64,000 bases of DNA from Candidatus Limnocylindrales bacterium (lineage in GTDB: Bacteria > Chloroflexota > Limnocylindria > Limnocylindrales > CSP1-4), in assembly GCA_036558545.1 (NCBI GenBank), contig DATBFJ010000074.1, positions 24,735 through 88,734 of the forward strand, given 5' to 3'. The first letter of the stretch is position 1; every line of letters begins with the position of its first letter. Of the stretch, positions 25,681-35,522 are shown piece after piece. The notes under the pieces were generated by a model that saw only the letters and a list, made by a program, of their open reading frames with translations, was not told the DNA's origin and ran no database searches. Position numbers and translations under genes: made by a program.

Positions 25681-26121
25681 TCAGTCGGCCGCGAGTGGTT
25701 CCAATCGGAGGGTCGTACCGAGGATCGAAGGTCGGAGCATGCCTGCCAGCGAATCATTGCCCGGATACTTGAGCTCGAGCTGACGGCTGCAACGAGCCAC
25801 TGATTCCGGATCACTGGCGTCGTGCACGCTCACCGCAACCGACCGACCATCGATCACCAGCGCGACGTGCGCGTCCGGTTGCGTCGCCGCCTGATACCAG
25901 TAGCCGCGGTCACCCTTCCACGAGCGAACAAAAACATCGTCGCCGTCCACAAGAGTCCAGATGATCGTGCGTTGGGCCGAGCCGTCCGGACGGAGGGTCT
26001 CAATCTCGACCTCTTTCTCGCGTCGAAGGTAATCGAGCGCCCGCTCGTCAAAGCGCACTAGTACATCGACTCCAGGCCGAGCATGTCCCCCAAACCGAGA
26101 GTCGCCTCGTTGTTCTCGCAC
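25681..26121 (-). CDS. DUF2255/PPOX-class split-barrel-like protein, hypothetical
   Basis: EVEIETLRPDGSAQRTIIWTLVDGDDVFVRSWKGDRGYWYQAA...AHVALVIDGRSVAV resembles the pyridoxamine-5'-phosphate-oxidase-like beta-barrel. Confidence 0.4.
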   Translation of the reverse strand: MREQRGDSRFGGHARPGVDVLVRFDERALDYLRREKEVEIETLRPDGSAQRTIIWTLVDGDDVFVRSWKGDRGYWYQAATQPDAHVALVIDGRSVAVSVHDASDPESVARCSRQLELKYPGNDSLAGMLRPSILGTTLRLEPLAAD

Positions 26122-26816
26122 GGTCCATCGAGGTAAGGGCTCATGGTCAAGCGACCGTGCTTCGTTTCGCCAACGTGGTCCATGCCAAACACGTGACCCG
26201 CCTCATGCGTAATCGTCGCCTCGAGCATCGGCGAATCGCCATGACAGGTTGACAGCGACAGGGCCCATGTCTCCTTGGTCGTGATCTTCATGTCAGCTTC
26301 GATGATCTTTCCGCTGTTGATCCAGTAGCAGGTCACGGCCAGCACTCCGGAATTGAGGCTCCCAAAACCAACAACGTTCTTGCCGTCGCGTGAGTTGCAG
26401 TTTGGCGCGCTGGACGTCGTGCCCAGATACTGCGATGTGGCACTGATCTTGTCCGCCCTGCCACAGTCGTTGTGTGCGCCGGTGATGTTGGCGAACGACT
26501 TCTGGAGCTTCTGAGCCACGGAGTTCTTGTTCAGACCGGACGGCGTGCTCGATGCCTTGAACGACCACTTGTATGTGCTCGCCTGCTTGCCGCCGATGAG
26601 GTTGAACGCCTTGTCCTGGCACGGCGGCGGCGAGATGCCAACGCTGCCGGCGAGCATCGCCGCCGCATGCGACGGCATCCGGATTTCGTCAACCACAAGT
26701 CTCACTGGTGAAGCCGCAGCTACGGGCGCGGCTACTGCGAAAAGGACGCTGACCGAGCCGAAAAGAGACAGCAAGCGAGCCAGAAAAGACACGAGAACCC
26801 TCCGAGACCACACGAC
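26058..26816 (-). CDS. Secreted zinc metalloprotease (metzincin, HExxHxxGxxH)
   Basis: THEAGHVFGMDH zincin motif. Signal-like N-terminus VVWSRRVLVSFLARLLSLFGSVSVLFAVAAP if a GTG start near 26816 is used. The track ORF's longer 5' extension would overlap KamA, so it was rejected. Confidence 0.65.
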   Translation of the reverse strand, partial: VVWSRRVLVSFLARLLSLFGSVSVLFAVAAPVAAASPVRLVVDEIRMPSHAAAMLAGSVGISPPPCQDKAFNLIGGKQASTYKWSFKASSTPSGLNKNSVAQKLQKSFANITGAHNDCGRADKISATSQYLGTTSSAPNCNSRDGKNVVGFGSLNSGVLAVTCYWINSGKIIEADMKITTKETWALSLSTCHGDSPMLEATITHEAGHVFGMDHVGETKHGRLTMSPYLDGPCENNEATLGLGDMLGLESMY

Positions 26817-26890
26817 GAGCTGGTGCGCGAAGGATAGTGGGCAGTCCGATTCGGGACCGTCTTTGGCTTGGGCGCGGGTACGGGCTCGGG

Positions 26891-28411
26891 TTAGAGCAGC
26901 TCCCCGTGCGACGACGCCGTTGGCTCGCCCTCGCGCGGTCTCGGTTCTTCGCCCGGGCCGTACTCGCGCTTCGTGGACGTCGCGTTTGTCGCGTTCAGCA
27001 CTGGCAGTGACTCGCGAGCCGTGCCTTCGATCGCGCCCACGCCGTAGGGCGACCACTTCTCCGGCCGCTGCAGCCGATGCGGCTCCTTGTTGCCGCGTTG
27101 ATGGACTTCCTCGAAGCCGGTCGGCTCGATCCACATGCGATCGCCCTCGAGCAAGCCAAGAACACCGGACTGACCAGGCTCCGGTCGTGCCTTCTGGCAC
27201 GATTTGCACGTGGCGCGGTCGTGCTGCTTGTACTCGAGCGGCTCTTCGTAAGTCGTGATGTAGCCCTCGTAGTTGCGCAGCACCACCTTGTGGTCGGAAT
27301 AGCTGATGAGGTAGTTGGGCATGACCGGGATCTTGCCGCCGCCTCCCGGCGCGTCAATCACGTACGTCGGGATCGCATAACCACTGGTGTGGCCGCGCAG
27401 GCCCTCCATGATTTCGAGACCCTTGCCGACCGGCGTCCGGAAGTGACCGCTGCCCTCCACGAGATCGCATTGGTACAGGTAGTACGGCCGAATGCGGTTC
27501 TCGACGAGCTTGTGGACGAGCTCGCGCTGGATGTTTACGCAGTCATTTACGCCCGCGAGAAGCACCGATTGATTGCCGACCGGGATTCCAGCGCGCGTCA
27601 GCCGGTCAACGGCACGCGAGACCTCCGGCGTGATCTCGTTGGGGTGGTTGAAATGCAGGTTGATCCAGACAGGGTGGTATTTCGCGAGCATCTCGCATAG
27701 CTCGTCGTCGACGCGCTGCGGCATGAACACCGGCACACGTGAGCCAATGCGGATGATCTCGATGTGAGGGATCTCGCGGATGCCGCGGATGATCTTCTCG
27801 AAGAGCTTGGGCGCAAGTGTCAGGCCGTCGCCGCCACTGATCAGCACATCGCGAACCTGCGGGGTCCTGCGCAGGTACTCGAGCTGTGCCTCGTGCTCCC
27901 GTGAATTGAAGTTCTGCGTTGGGTCGCCCACGATCCGTGATCTGGTGCAGTAGCGGCAGTAGCTGGCACACTGGGTCGTGACGAGCATGAGCACTCGATC
28001 CGGGTACCGGTGCACGAGACCTGGCACCGGCGAGTGGCGGTCTTCGGCGAGCGAGTCCTCCATCATCCCGGTGAAAGCGCTTTGCTCACGCCCGAGTGGG
28101 ATGACCTGGCGTCGAATCGGGTCGTCCGGATCGTCGGGATCCATCAGCGAGATGAAGTACGGGGTGATATCGACGCGGAACTTGTCCGGTGCGCTCAGCC
28201 CTTCGCGCTCCTCGTCGGTCAGCTTGAGGATCTGTTCGATGTCCTCGAGGTCATTGACGCGATTCGACAGCTGCCAGCGCCAGTCGTTCCACTTCTCGTC
28301 AGGCACGTCGGCCCACAGCGGCGCGCGCCGGCTGACCGCCGGCTTGCCATCTGCGCCCAGACGGCGCGCCGGATCACGCAGGTTGACGAAAGGCTGTTCC
28401 TCGAGCGTCAC
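26891..28411 (-). CDS. Lysine 2,3-aminomutase family radical SAM enzyme (KamA/EpmB-like) with a ~90-aa C-terminal extension
   Basis: CASYCRYCTR radical-SAM Cys triad. LISGGDGL and YYLYQCDLVEGSGHFR are KamA motifs. 506 aa. Confidence 0.85.
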   Translation of the reverse strand: MTLEEQPFVNLRDPARRLGADGKPAVSRRAPLWADVPDEKWNDWRWQLSNRVNDLEDIEQILKLTDEEREGLSAPDKFRVDITPYFISLMDPDDPDDPIRRQVIPLGREQSAFTGMMEDSLAEDRHSPVPGLVHRYPDRVLMLVTTQCASYCRYCTRSRIVGDPTQNFNSREHEAQLEYLRRTPQVRDVLISGGDGLTLAPKLFEKIIRGIREIPHIEIIRIGSRVPVFMPQRVDDELCEMLAKYHPVWINLHFNHPNEITPEVSRAVDRLTRAGIPVGNQSVLLAGVNDCVNIQRELVHKLVENRIRPYYLYQCDLVEGSGHFRTPVGKGLEIMEGLRGHTSGYAIPTYVIDAPGGGGKIPVMPNYLISYSDHKVVLRNYEGYITTYEEPLEYKQHDRATCKSCQKARPEPGQSGVLGLLEGDRMWIEPTGFEEVHQRGNKEPHRLQRPEKWSPYGVGAIEGTARESLPVLNATNATSTKREYGPGEEPRPREGEPTASSHGELL

Positions 28412-28544
28412 CTCGGGTCGCGTCTCGATCGCTATCTGGAGTTACCTCCGCCCTGTCGTTTCGAGTGCATACGTTTTATGCAGTCTGGATAGAAGTGGAT
28501 CATAGCGCGCTCGGCTGGCACATGACATACCCGTCAAAAGTCCT

Positions 28545-28976
28545 GTGGCCTTCGGCGGGTCGCTGCTAGACTCGCGATCGATGGATCGGACGATGGAACG
28601 CTGGAAGCGCCTCCTGATGGTCGTCGCGCTGCTGTTGGCGGGCGGCATCGTCATCGCTCTGTACTCGCAGTTCCAACAGCTCCTGCTCCACCCCTTTGCT
28701 TGGATTGGCGCGATCGTGCTGTCGGCCGCCTTCTCGCTGATCATGCTCCGAGTGGCGCTCGTCCCGGAGCAGCGCTACACGGGCTGGGTCAAGTCAATCG
28801 TCGGTCCCAACGGCCGCTGGCTTTTCCTTATCCTGATCCTGCTGTGGGGCGCGGCGATGGCGTTCCTGGCCAGCTTGGGCCTTGGCCCTCAGCAGCAGGG
28901 CGCGCCCGCGTTCCTGGGGCTCTTGATCGGCATCTTCCTGTTCATGGGTTTCATCTGGTCGGTCATCGGCGAGTAG
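28545..28976 (+). CDS. Membrane protein, hypothetical (4 TM)
   Basis: 143 aa, hydrophobic. Divergent from kamA. Confidence 0.4.
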   Translation: MAFGGSLLDSRSMDRTMERWKRLLMVVALLLAGGIVIALYSQFQQLLLHPFAWIGAIVLSAAFSLIMLRVALVPEQRYTGWVKSIVGPNGRWLFLILILLWGAAMAFLASLGLGPQQQGAPAFLGLLIGIFLFMGFIWSVIGE

Positions 28977-29010
28977 CCCAAGCGGGCGCGCACATGACCG
29001 GCAGAGTGCC

Positions 29011-29574
29011 GTGAGAACCGTTTCGATCTCCTGGGACCAAGAAGTCGGCCGATTCACCGCGCTCGGGACACATCCCAACCAACACATCGCCATCAATGCT
29101 CCTCGGCTGGAGTTGGAGGACCGGGGACCAACTGGCTTCTCCGCCACGGAGCTTCTGCTGGCCGCGGCCGGTTCGTGTGCGGCGTGGGACGTGGTCGAGA
29201 TATTGCGCAAGCGTCGTGCTTCGGTCCATTCGCTCGAAGTCACGGTCGAAGGCGATCAGGCACCGGAGCCGCCCTGGTCGTACTCACGGGTGGTCCTGAA
29301 TTTTCGGATCGTGTGCGAGCGGCTGACGTACCCGGTCGTCGCTCGAGTGATTCGCCTCAGCATCGTCCGCTACTGCTCAGTCATCAACACGATTGCAGCC
29401 GCCGCGTCGATCGAAGCGACGGTAGAGGTCGTGGGAATGGATGGCACGAGCACGGGCCGAAAGCACATCGAGCTGGCTCTGCCGTCTGAACCGGGCGGAG
29501 AAAGCGGCTTCACGGAGTCAGATCTTGCGGCCGTCGGCGTGGCAGAGCCCATCGTCGACGAGGACGAGGAGTAG
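29011..29574 (+). CDS. OsmC/Ohr family peroxiredoxin-like protein
   Basis: GFSATELLLAAAGSCAAWDVVEILRKRR and RYCSVINTI are OsmC-family motifs, including the two conserved Cys. Confidence 0.7.
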   Translation: MRTVSISWDQEVGRFTALGTHPNQHIAINAPRLELEDRGPTGFSATELLLAAAGSCAAWDVVEILRKRRASVHSLEVTVEGDQAPEPPWSYSRVVLNFRIVCERLTYPVVARVIRLSIVRYCSVINTIAAAASIEATVEVVGMDGTSTGRKHIELALPSEPGGESGFTESDLAAVGVAEPIVDEDEE

Positions 29575-29713
29575 GTCGTTATTTAAGCCGCGAAGCGAAG
29601 GCAGGCGCTTCAAGAATCGCAAGCCGCCCCGTGCTCGGTGCGGCAGGATCGTCGTACACGTCGGCGGAGATCCATCGGGCGACGTTCTGGTTACTTTGCG
29701 ATACTGAGTTTTA

Positions 29714-32700
29714 GTGAACCTGTTCCATCGTCTGGGAAGGGCTGCGGCTCGATACCGCTATGTGGTCATCGCGGCCTGGATCGTGCTACTCGTCGCGGCC
29801 GTTCCGTTCGCACCGCAGCTGCCAGGCGCGCTGAGATCGGGCGGGTTCACGCTCGATGACCTCGAGGCGTCCAAAGCTGAGCAGGCACTCGGTGCGCTGA
29901 ACGTTCCACCGAGCGCGATGGTCATTGTGCTCCAGAGCACCACCGACGCCAGGGCCGGGGACTCGTCGTTCGAGGCCGCCGCCGCCGCGGCCATCGCCAA
30001 GGTGCCGCAGGCTGCTCACGTCACGGGCGTCCTGACCCACCTGCTGGCTCCGCGCCAGGTCAGTGCCGACCGAAAGACCGTTTACGAGATCGTCACGCTC
30101 GACCTCTCGCCCGACGACTCGCCCGAGGCGCTCCAGCCGGTCGAAGACGCGATCACGCCGGTCGACGGCCTGCAAGTCATGCTCGCCGGCGGCCCAGCCT
30201 TTTACGGCGACATCCAGGTCCTTTCCGAGAATGACCTTCGAAGAAGCGAGTTCATTTCGCTGCCACTGGCGGCTCTGGCACTCCTGCTCGTTTTTGGCAG
30301 CGTCATCGCGGCCGGCGTTCCGATCGTGGTTGGTGGCACGGCCGTCGTTGTGGCGCTTGGCGCACTCTTCTTCGTTGCCCAACAAACCGCCCTGAGCATC
30401 TTCGTGCTCAATCTCGCCACGCTTCTTGGACTTGGCTTGGGCGTCGATTACGCGCTGCTCCTGACGAGCCGATTCCGCGAGGAGCTCAAGTCACGCGGCG
30501 GCGGCCGCCTGACGAGTGGTGCCGTCGATCAAAACGCCGTCAACGACGCAGTCGCCGCGACCGTCGCTACGGCGGGACGTGCCGTCTTCTTCAGCGGGCT
30601 GACTGTTCTCCTTGGTCTGATCGGTTTGATCCTCTTCGAATTCATGGTGTTGCGGTCGGTCGGCATTGCTGGCGCCATGGTCGTTGGCCTGGCCGTGGCA
30701 AGCGCGGTGACTCTGCTGCCGGCCGTACTGGCCACTCTCGGGCCAAGGGTTGACGCATACCCGGTCCACTTGCGCGGACGAGTCTCACGCCTGTTAGGCC
30801 GGAGGCCCAAACCACCGGCTCCCGACGGCGAGGGGGCGTGGGGTCGGCTCGCGCGGCGAGTGATGGATCACCCGCTGCTCGTTTTCATTCCGACTCTGAC
30901 GGCACTCTTGATCCTTGGCTCGCCCTTTCTGCACGCCCACTTCAATTCGCCCGACGCTTCGATCCTGCCGCCGGGTGTCCCCAGCCGCGTGGCCTTCGAC
31001 ACGCTCGCGAGCGACTTTGGCGAGGGCGAGTTCTCACCGCTGATCGTGGCGGTAAAGACCAACGGTCCCGTCACCGACCCAGCGAACGTGGCGCTGCTGT
31101 ACGACTACTCGCGTCGTCTTGCCGCGGACACGCGCGTGACCCGTGTTGAGAGCTATGTCGACGTCGACCCGCGGCTAACACTCGAGCAATACCAATTGCT
31201 CTATTCCGCGCCGGGCGGTCCGGCCGACCGTTTCGTGGCACAACAGCTCGCGGCAACAACCAGGGACAACCTTGCCGCGTTCACGGTGTTCACGCCTTAC
31301 GGCCCGAACCGCATTGAAGGTCAGCGGCTGGTCGCGGACATTCGCACCCCGGGCTCAAGCGTCGCGCCGCCGCCCGGCGTCAGCGTGCTTGTCGGCGGCG
31401 GCGCCGCTGAGGTCCGCGACGTCGTGCAGCGAATCGCCTCCGACTTCCCGCGCTCGGCCGCATTCATCCTGATCTCGACGTACCTGGTCCTGTTCGTCCT
31501 TCTCCGATCAGTCGTGCTTCCGGCAAAGGCGCTGATCGTCAATGCGCTGTCGATCACTGCGAGTTTCGGAGCGCTTGTCTGGATCTTCCAGGACGGCAAT
31601 CTTTCGGCTCTGCTCGGCTTCGCGCCGCTCGGTTTCGTCGAAACGACATTGCCTGTGATCCTGTTCTGCGTTCTATTCGGGCTGTCCATGGATTACGAGG
31701 TGTTCCTCCTGTCGCGCATGAAGGAGGTCTACGACAAGACCGGCGACAACCGCGAGGCCGTCATTCGCGGCATGGAGCGCTCAGGTCGGATCGTCAGCTC
31801 CGCAGCGTTGATCGTCGTCGTGGTGGCTGGATCCTTTGCTTTCGCGGACATCGTCCTGATCAAGGCGCTTGGCCTTGGCGTAGCCATAGCAGTCGCATTG
31901 GACGCGACGCTCGTCCGCGGGCTGCTCGTGCCCTCAGCAATGCGCTTGTTAGGCGACCTAAATTGGTGGCTCCCTGCGCGTCTCAAGCGCTTGATCGGTA
32001 CCCGTTTGCACCTTCCCGAGACGGCCGCGCTGCCGTGGCTGCTGCTTGTGCTCGCGCTCGTCACCACGTTGGTCGTCGGTTGCTCGCCCACTGGCCAGCT
32101 TCTTGCCAATCCCGTTCCAGCCGCCCCCGCAGTCCCATCGACCGCGCCGTTTGCCAGTCATGCGCCCGACCCACAGCCAATCAGCCTGCCCCGTGACGAG
32201 GCACCACACGACCGACTGACGGAGTGGTGGTACTACACCGGTCATCTCGCCTCCGAGTCGGGACGCGAATTCGGCTTTGAGTTCGTCATCTTCCGGGCCG
32301 AGCGTGGTTCGTTCCCAGTTTCGTGGGCGTCGCACCTCGCCCTGACGGACGAACAGGGCAATCGTTTCCTGTACGAGCAGCGTTCCGAAATCGGGCCGCA
32401 GGTGGACGTTGCCGCCGGCCCGGGATTCTCGTTCTCGCTGAAAGGCACAAGCGATCAAGGCGTGCCCGACGTAAACGCGTCACCCTGGCTGATGAGCGGC
32501 CTGGGCGGGCAGGACTCGCTGTCGGCGGCCACACCTTCGTTCGCAATCCACCTCTCGCTGGCGTCAGTGCGTTCGTTACCTGTGCTCCATGACGACGATG
32601 GGTGGGTGGACTTCGGCCCGGCTGGCGGCTCGTACTACTACTCATGGCCACGAATGACAGCATCCGGCAGTGTCAGCTTGGATGGCACCTCGATTCAGGT

Positions 32701-33160
32701 AACGGGCGAGGCCTGGTTCGACCACCAGTGGGGGGACTTCATAGCGGTCGGAGGCGGCGGGTGGGATTGGTTTGCCGTCAACCTGGCCGATGGCACGGAC
32801 TTCACGTTGTCGCTCGTCCGAGCCGCGGACGGAAGCTATCCGCTCATTTACGGCACGTACGTCGCGCCCGACGGCACTGTCACTCATCTGCCGCAAACCG
32901 CGTTCAAGGTCACTCCCGCGGCAACCTGGACAAGCCCCGCGACGGGCGCGACCTACCCAGCCGGCTGGCAAATTGAAATTCCGAGCCAGCAGCTGACGGT
33001 CGACCTGACCCCGACCGTCGCCGACCAGGAGCTCGACACGCGCGCCACGACCGGCGTCATCTACTGGGAGGGGTCGCAACTAGTTTCGGCCTCGCGCAGT
33101 GGCGCCCCGCTATCTGGCGAGGCCTACGTCGAGCTCACCGGCTACGCGGCAGCGAACTAG
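29714..33160 (+). CDS. MMPL/RND-superfamily lipid transporter fused to a C-terminal CrtC/AttH-like (carotenoid 1,2-hydratase / lipocalin-like) domain
   Basis: Residues 1-~780 form two MMPL TM bundles (e.g. FFSGLTVLLGLIGLILFEF, GLSMDYEVFLLSRMKE). The C-terminal ~370 aa carry HDRLTEWWYYTGHL...FGFEFVIFR...WFDHQWGDF, the AttH/CrtC signature. Confidence 0.8.
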   Translation: MNLFHRLGRAAARYRYVVIAAWIVLLVAAVPFAPQLPGALRSGGFTLDDLEASKAEQALGALNVPPSAMVIVLQSTTDARAGDSSFEAAAAAAIAKVPQAAHVTGVLTHLLAPRQVSADRKTVYEIVTLDLSPDDSPEALQPVEDAITPVDGLQVMLAGGPAFYGDIQVLSENDLRRSEFISLPLAALALLLVFGSVIAAGVPIVVGGTAVVVALGALFFVAQQTALSIFVLNLATLLGLGLGVDYALLLTSRFREELKSRGGGRLTSGAVDQNAVNDAVAATVATAGRAVFFSGLTVLLGLIGLILFEFMVLRSVGIAGAMVVGLAVASAVTLLPAVLATLGPRVDAYPVHLRGRVSRLLGRRPKPPAPDGEGAWGRLARRVMDHPLLVFIPTLTALLILGSPFLHAHFNSPDASILPPGVPSRVAFDTLASDFGEGEFSPLIVAVKTNGPVTDPANVALLYDYSRRLAADTRVTRVESYVDVDPRLTLEQYQLLYSAPGGPADRFVAQQLAATTRDNLAAFTVFTPYGPNRIEGQRLVADIRTPGSSVAPPPGVSVLVGGGAAEVRDVVQRIASDFPRSAAFILISTYLVLFVLLRSVVLPAKALIVNALSITASFGALVWIFQDGNLSALLGFAPLGFVETTLPVILFCVLFGLSMDYEVFLLSRMKEVYDKTGDNREAVIRGMERSGRIVSSAALIVVVVAGSFAFADIVLIKALGLGVAIAVALDATLVRGLLVPSAMRLLGDLNWWLPARLKRLIGTRLHLPETAALPWLLLVLALVTTLVVGCSPTGQLLANPVPAAPAVPSTAPFASHAPDPQPISLPRDEAPHDRLTEWWYYTGHLASESGREFGFEFVIFRAERGSFPVSWASHLALTDEQGNRFLYEQRSEIGPQVDVAAGPGFSFSLKGTSDQGVPDVNASPWLMSGLGGQDSLSAATPSFAIHLSLASVRSLPVLHDDDGWVDFGPAGGSYYYSWPRMTASGSVSLDGTSIQVTGEAWFDHQWGDFIAVGGGGWDWFAVNLADGTDFTLSLVRAADGSYPLIYGTYVAPDGTVTHLPQTAFKVTPAATWTSPATGATYPAGWQIEIPSQQLTVDLTPTVADQELDTRATTGVIYWEGSQLVSASRSGAPLSGEAYVELTGYAAAN

Positions 33161-33179
33161 CTCGACGTAGGATCACGCG

Positions 33180-33896
33180 GTGTACGCCTCGCTGCGTCGT
33201 TTAGATCCGGCGACGTGGCCCGCGGCCGCGGTATTCACCGTTCTTGGTGGTTGTGCAGTCGCTTTTCTGGTTTCAACGCTTGTCGACAACGTCTGGATCT
33301 TCAGGGCGCTCCTGTTCGGCGGCTACATAACGGCGATCGCGGTCTTGCTGCGCGCGTCCTGGTTTCGTGCGCGGGAGATCCTTCTCGTTCTCGGCCCAGC
33401 CTTGGTCGGCCTGGTCATCTTCCGCTACTTCGTGCCTGGCATAGCTGGTGACATCGGGCAGGCTGTGTGCGCGGTCGTGCCACTGCTCATCGGCTTGGGC
33501 TTCATTGATCGGTCGGTGGTATTGGGCACGCTGGCCCCTGGCCGCTACGACGGATACTCGAATGCCGATCAGAAAATGGTGTGGGCCTTTCGTGAAGGGT
33601 TTTTCGAGATAGGCCGGGCCATAGACTCGGGCAACGACAAAGCGTTCACCAAGCACGTGAATAAGGCTCTCATCCTCGGAAACGTCTCGACGGACGACCC
33701 TGAATGGTTGGACGTGCGACGGAAATTCTTGGCGTACGGGTCTTACGTTGCCGGAGGCGAAGGCGACAGAAGCGAAGCGACAGCAGACAAACTTATGAAC
33801 GAGTTTGTTGAGACTTCGCTAGCGGTGCGAAAGGCAAAGCGCATTTGGTTCGGCAGGTTGGGAAGGCCAACCCGATCCAGCAAGGGACGAGCCTAG
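33180..33896 (+). CDS. Membrane protein, hypothetical
   Basis: 238 aa. Four TM segments at the N-terminus, then a soluble domain. Confidence 0.4.
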   Translation: MYASLRRLDPATWPAAAVFTVLGGCAVAFLVSTLVDNVWIFRALLFGGYITAIAVLLRASWFRAREILLVLGPALVGLVIFRYFVPGIAGDIGQAVCAVVPLLIGLGFIDRSVVLGTLAPGRYDGYSNADQKMVWAFREGFFEIGRAIDSGNDKAFTKHVNKALILGNVSTDDPEWLDVRRKFLAYGSYVAGGEGDRSEATADKLMNEFVETSLAVRKAKRIWFGRLGRPTRSSKGRA

Positions 33897-34579
33897 GGGT
33901 TGACGGTTACCCAGTAGCCGGCGAACTGAGGGCTGTCCGGATCGTCAAAGACGTGGAATGGCGTTCGGAATTGGTCGAACGTCAGGCGCGTGTCGGGCGG
34001 CTTGTCGAAGTAGCCCTTCTGCTCTTTCGGATAGAGCGGGCCAAGGATGTAAACGCCCGTGACGTCGAAGTCGTTCGTGGCGGCGGGATCGGCCGTGGCG
34101 TCAAACCCTGACATGACCCATGCGTGCCGGCCGCCCATCACGAGCAGCCCGACAGGCTTGTTCGTGGCGCGAATAGCCTTGGCCGCCCGGCGTACGGCCT
34201 GCCGGAAATTGGTTGACGTCACCACGCTGTAAGAGCCGCCTCCGAAGTGGTTCAGAGCCGCGGCGAAGCCCGTCGCATCAGACCCGCCGGTGTTCGAGTC
34301 CAGGAACGCGTCGTGGTTCATCGCGTACTTGACGAGCGATTTCTGACGTGAAAGTGACTTGTTCGACGTCCCTTGAATGATGTTGAGCATCATTTGCGAG
34401 CTCGCGCCCACACACCACGTCCATCTGTACTGGGTCACGAAGACGCCGCTCCTAAAGAGATCTATCGAGTAGTCGCTGCCAGAGTGTTTCGTCGATGCGG
34501 CAACAACCGGCGCCCCGATTGCCGCCAGCGATGCGAATGCCGCCACGAGGGCGACGAGGCGCAGCCCCACTCGTTTCAT
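33893..34579 (-). CDS. Secreted protein, hypothetical (possible papain-like/C39-like Cys peptidase fold)
   Basis: Start at MKRVGLRLVALVAAFASLAAIGA, a signal peptide. YRWTWCVGASSQMMLN could be a catalytic-Cys motif, with a later His. Confidence 0.45.
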   Translation of the reverse strand: MKRVGLRLVALVAAFASLAAIGAPVVAASTKHSGSDYSIDLFRSGVFVTQYRWTWCVGASSQMMLNIIQGTSNKSLSRQKSLVKYAMNHDAFLDSNTGGSDATGFAAALNHFGGGSYSVVTSTNFRQAVRRAAKAIRATNKPVGLLVMGGRHAWVMSGFDATADPAATNDFDVTGVYILGPLYPKEQKGYFDKPPDTRLTFDQFRTPFHVFDDPDSPQFAGYWVTVNP

Positions 34580-34662
34580 AGGTATTCCTCCCGTTTGACC
34601 AGCCGCACGGCACGGCCGATCAAGAGCATTCTGCCCCACTCCGGTGGTCTGAGGAACCCGGA

Positions 34663-35472
34663 CTATCCGGTGATGAGCTCGCCGCCGTCAACTCCCAGCA
34701 CGTTGCCCGTGAGCCAATCGGTGCCCTGGCCCGAGAGCGAGACAATCGCGCCCGCGACATCCGCGACGGTCGTCATGCGGCCCATCGGATTGTGCTCGGT
34801 CGCGTACTTGATCAGCTCATCGCGCTCAGGGATCTGCATCAAGGCCGGAGTCAAGGTCACGCCAGCTCGGATGGCATTGACGGTCACGCCAGAACCCTTA
34901 CGCGCGAACTCCATCGCCAGCTGCCGGCAATGCGACTCGAGCGCCGACTTCGCCGCGCTCACAGCGCCATACGAGGCGACCACGCGGGTCGACCCTTCGC
35001 TGGTCATCGCGTAGATTTTGGAGCCACTGCCGAGCAAACCCGCTCGCCACGTGTCCTGCGCCCAATAGACGAGCGAGTTGGCCATCACGTCCAGCGTCAT
35101 GTCCATGTTCTTGCGGGTGATGCCCGCGGACGGGTCTTCGGTCAGGAAGGGCTTGAGCGTGCCGAATGCCAGCGAGTGCATCAGGACTCGGACATAACCG
35201 CGCGCCCCGGCCGCATCCTTAAGCCCGGCGAGTACGAGTGCCCGCTGCTCATCGTCCGCGGCGTTGCCGTTGAAGAACAGCGCGCGTCTTCCGGCAGCCT
35301 CGATCTTTGCCTTGATCTCTTCGACATGGGGCATGCCCTGGCGCCGGTCGAGGTGCACACCGCAGATGTCATAACCAGCCTGGGCGAGAGCGACAGCCGT
35401 TGCCTCCCCGAACCCGCTGCTCGCGCCAAGGATGAGTGCCCATGGCTGTCGGTTGTCGGTGGCATCAGGCAT
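34663..35472 (-). CDS. SDR-family oxidoreductase (enoyl-reductase-like)
   Basis: Nucleotide-binding ILGASSGFGEATA and the YGAVSAAK catalytic Tyr-Lys region. Confidence 0.7.
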   Translation of the reverse strand: MPDATDNRQPWALILGASSGFGEATAVALAQAGYDICGVHLDRRQGMPHVEEIKAKIEAAGRRALFFNGNAADDEQRALVLAGLKDAAGARGYVRVLMHSLAFGTLKPFLTEDPSAGITRKNMDMTLDVMANSLVYWAQDTWRAGLLGSGSKIYAMTSEGSTRVVASYGAVSAAKSALESHCRQLAMEFARKGSGVTVNAIRAGVTLTPALMQIPERDELIKYATEHNPMGRMTTVADVAGAIVSLSGQGTDWLTGNVLGVDGGELITG

Positions 35473-35522
35473 TGCTGGCGGAGTCTAATGGCGGATCCGG
35501 CGCGCGCTCATATGATCTGTGC

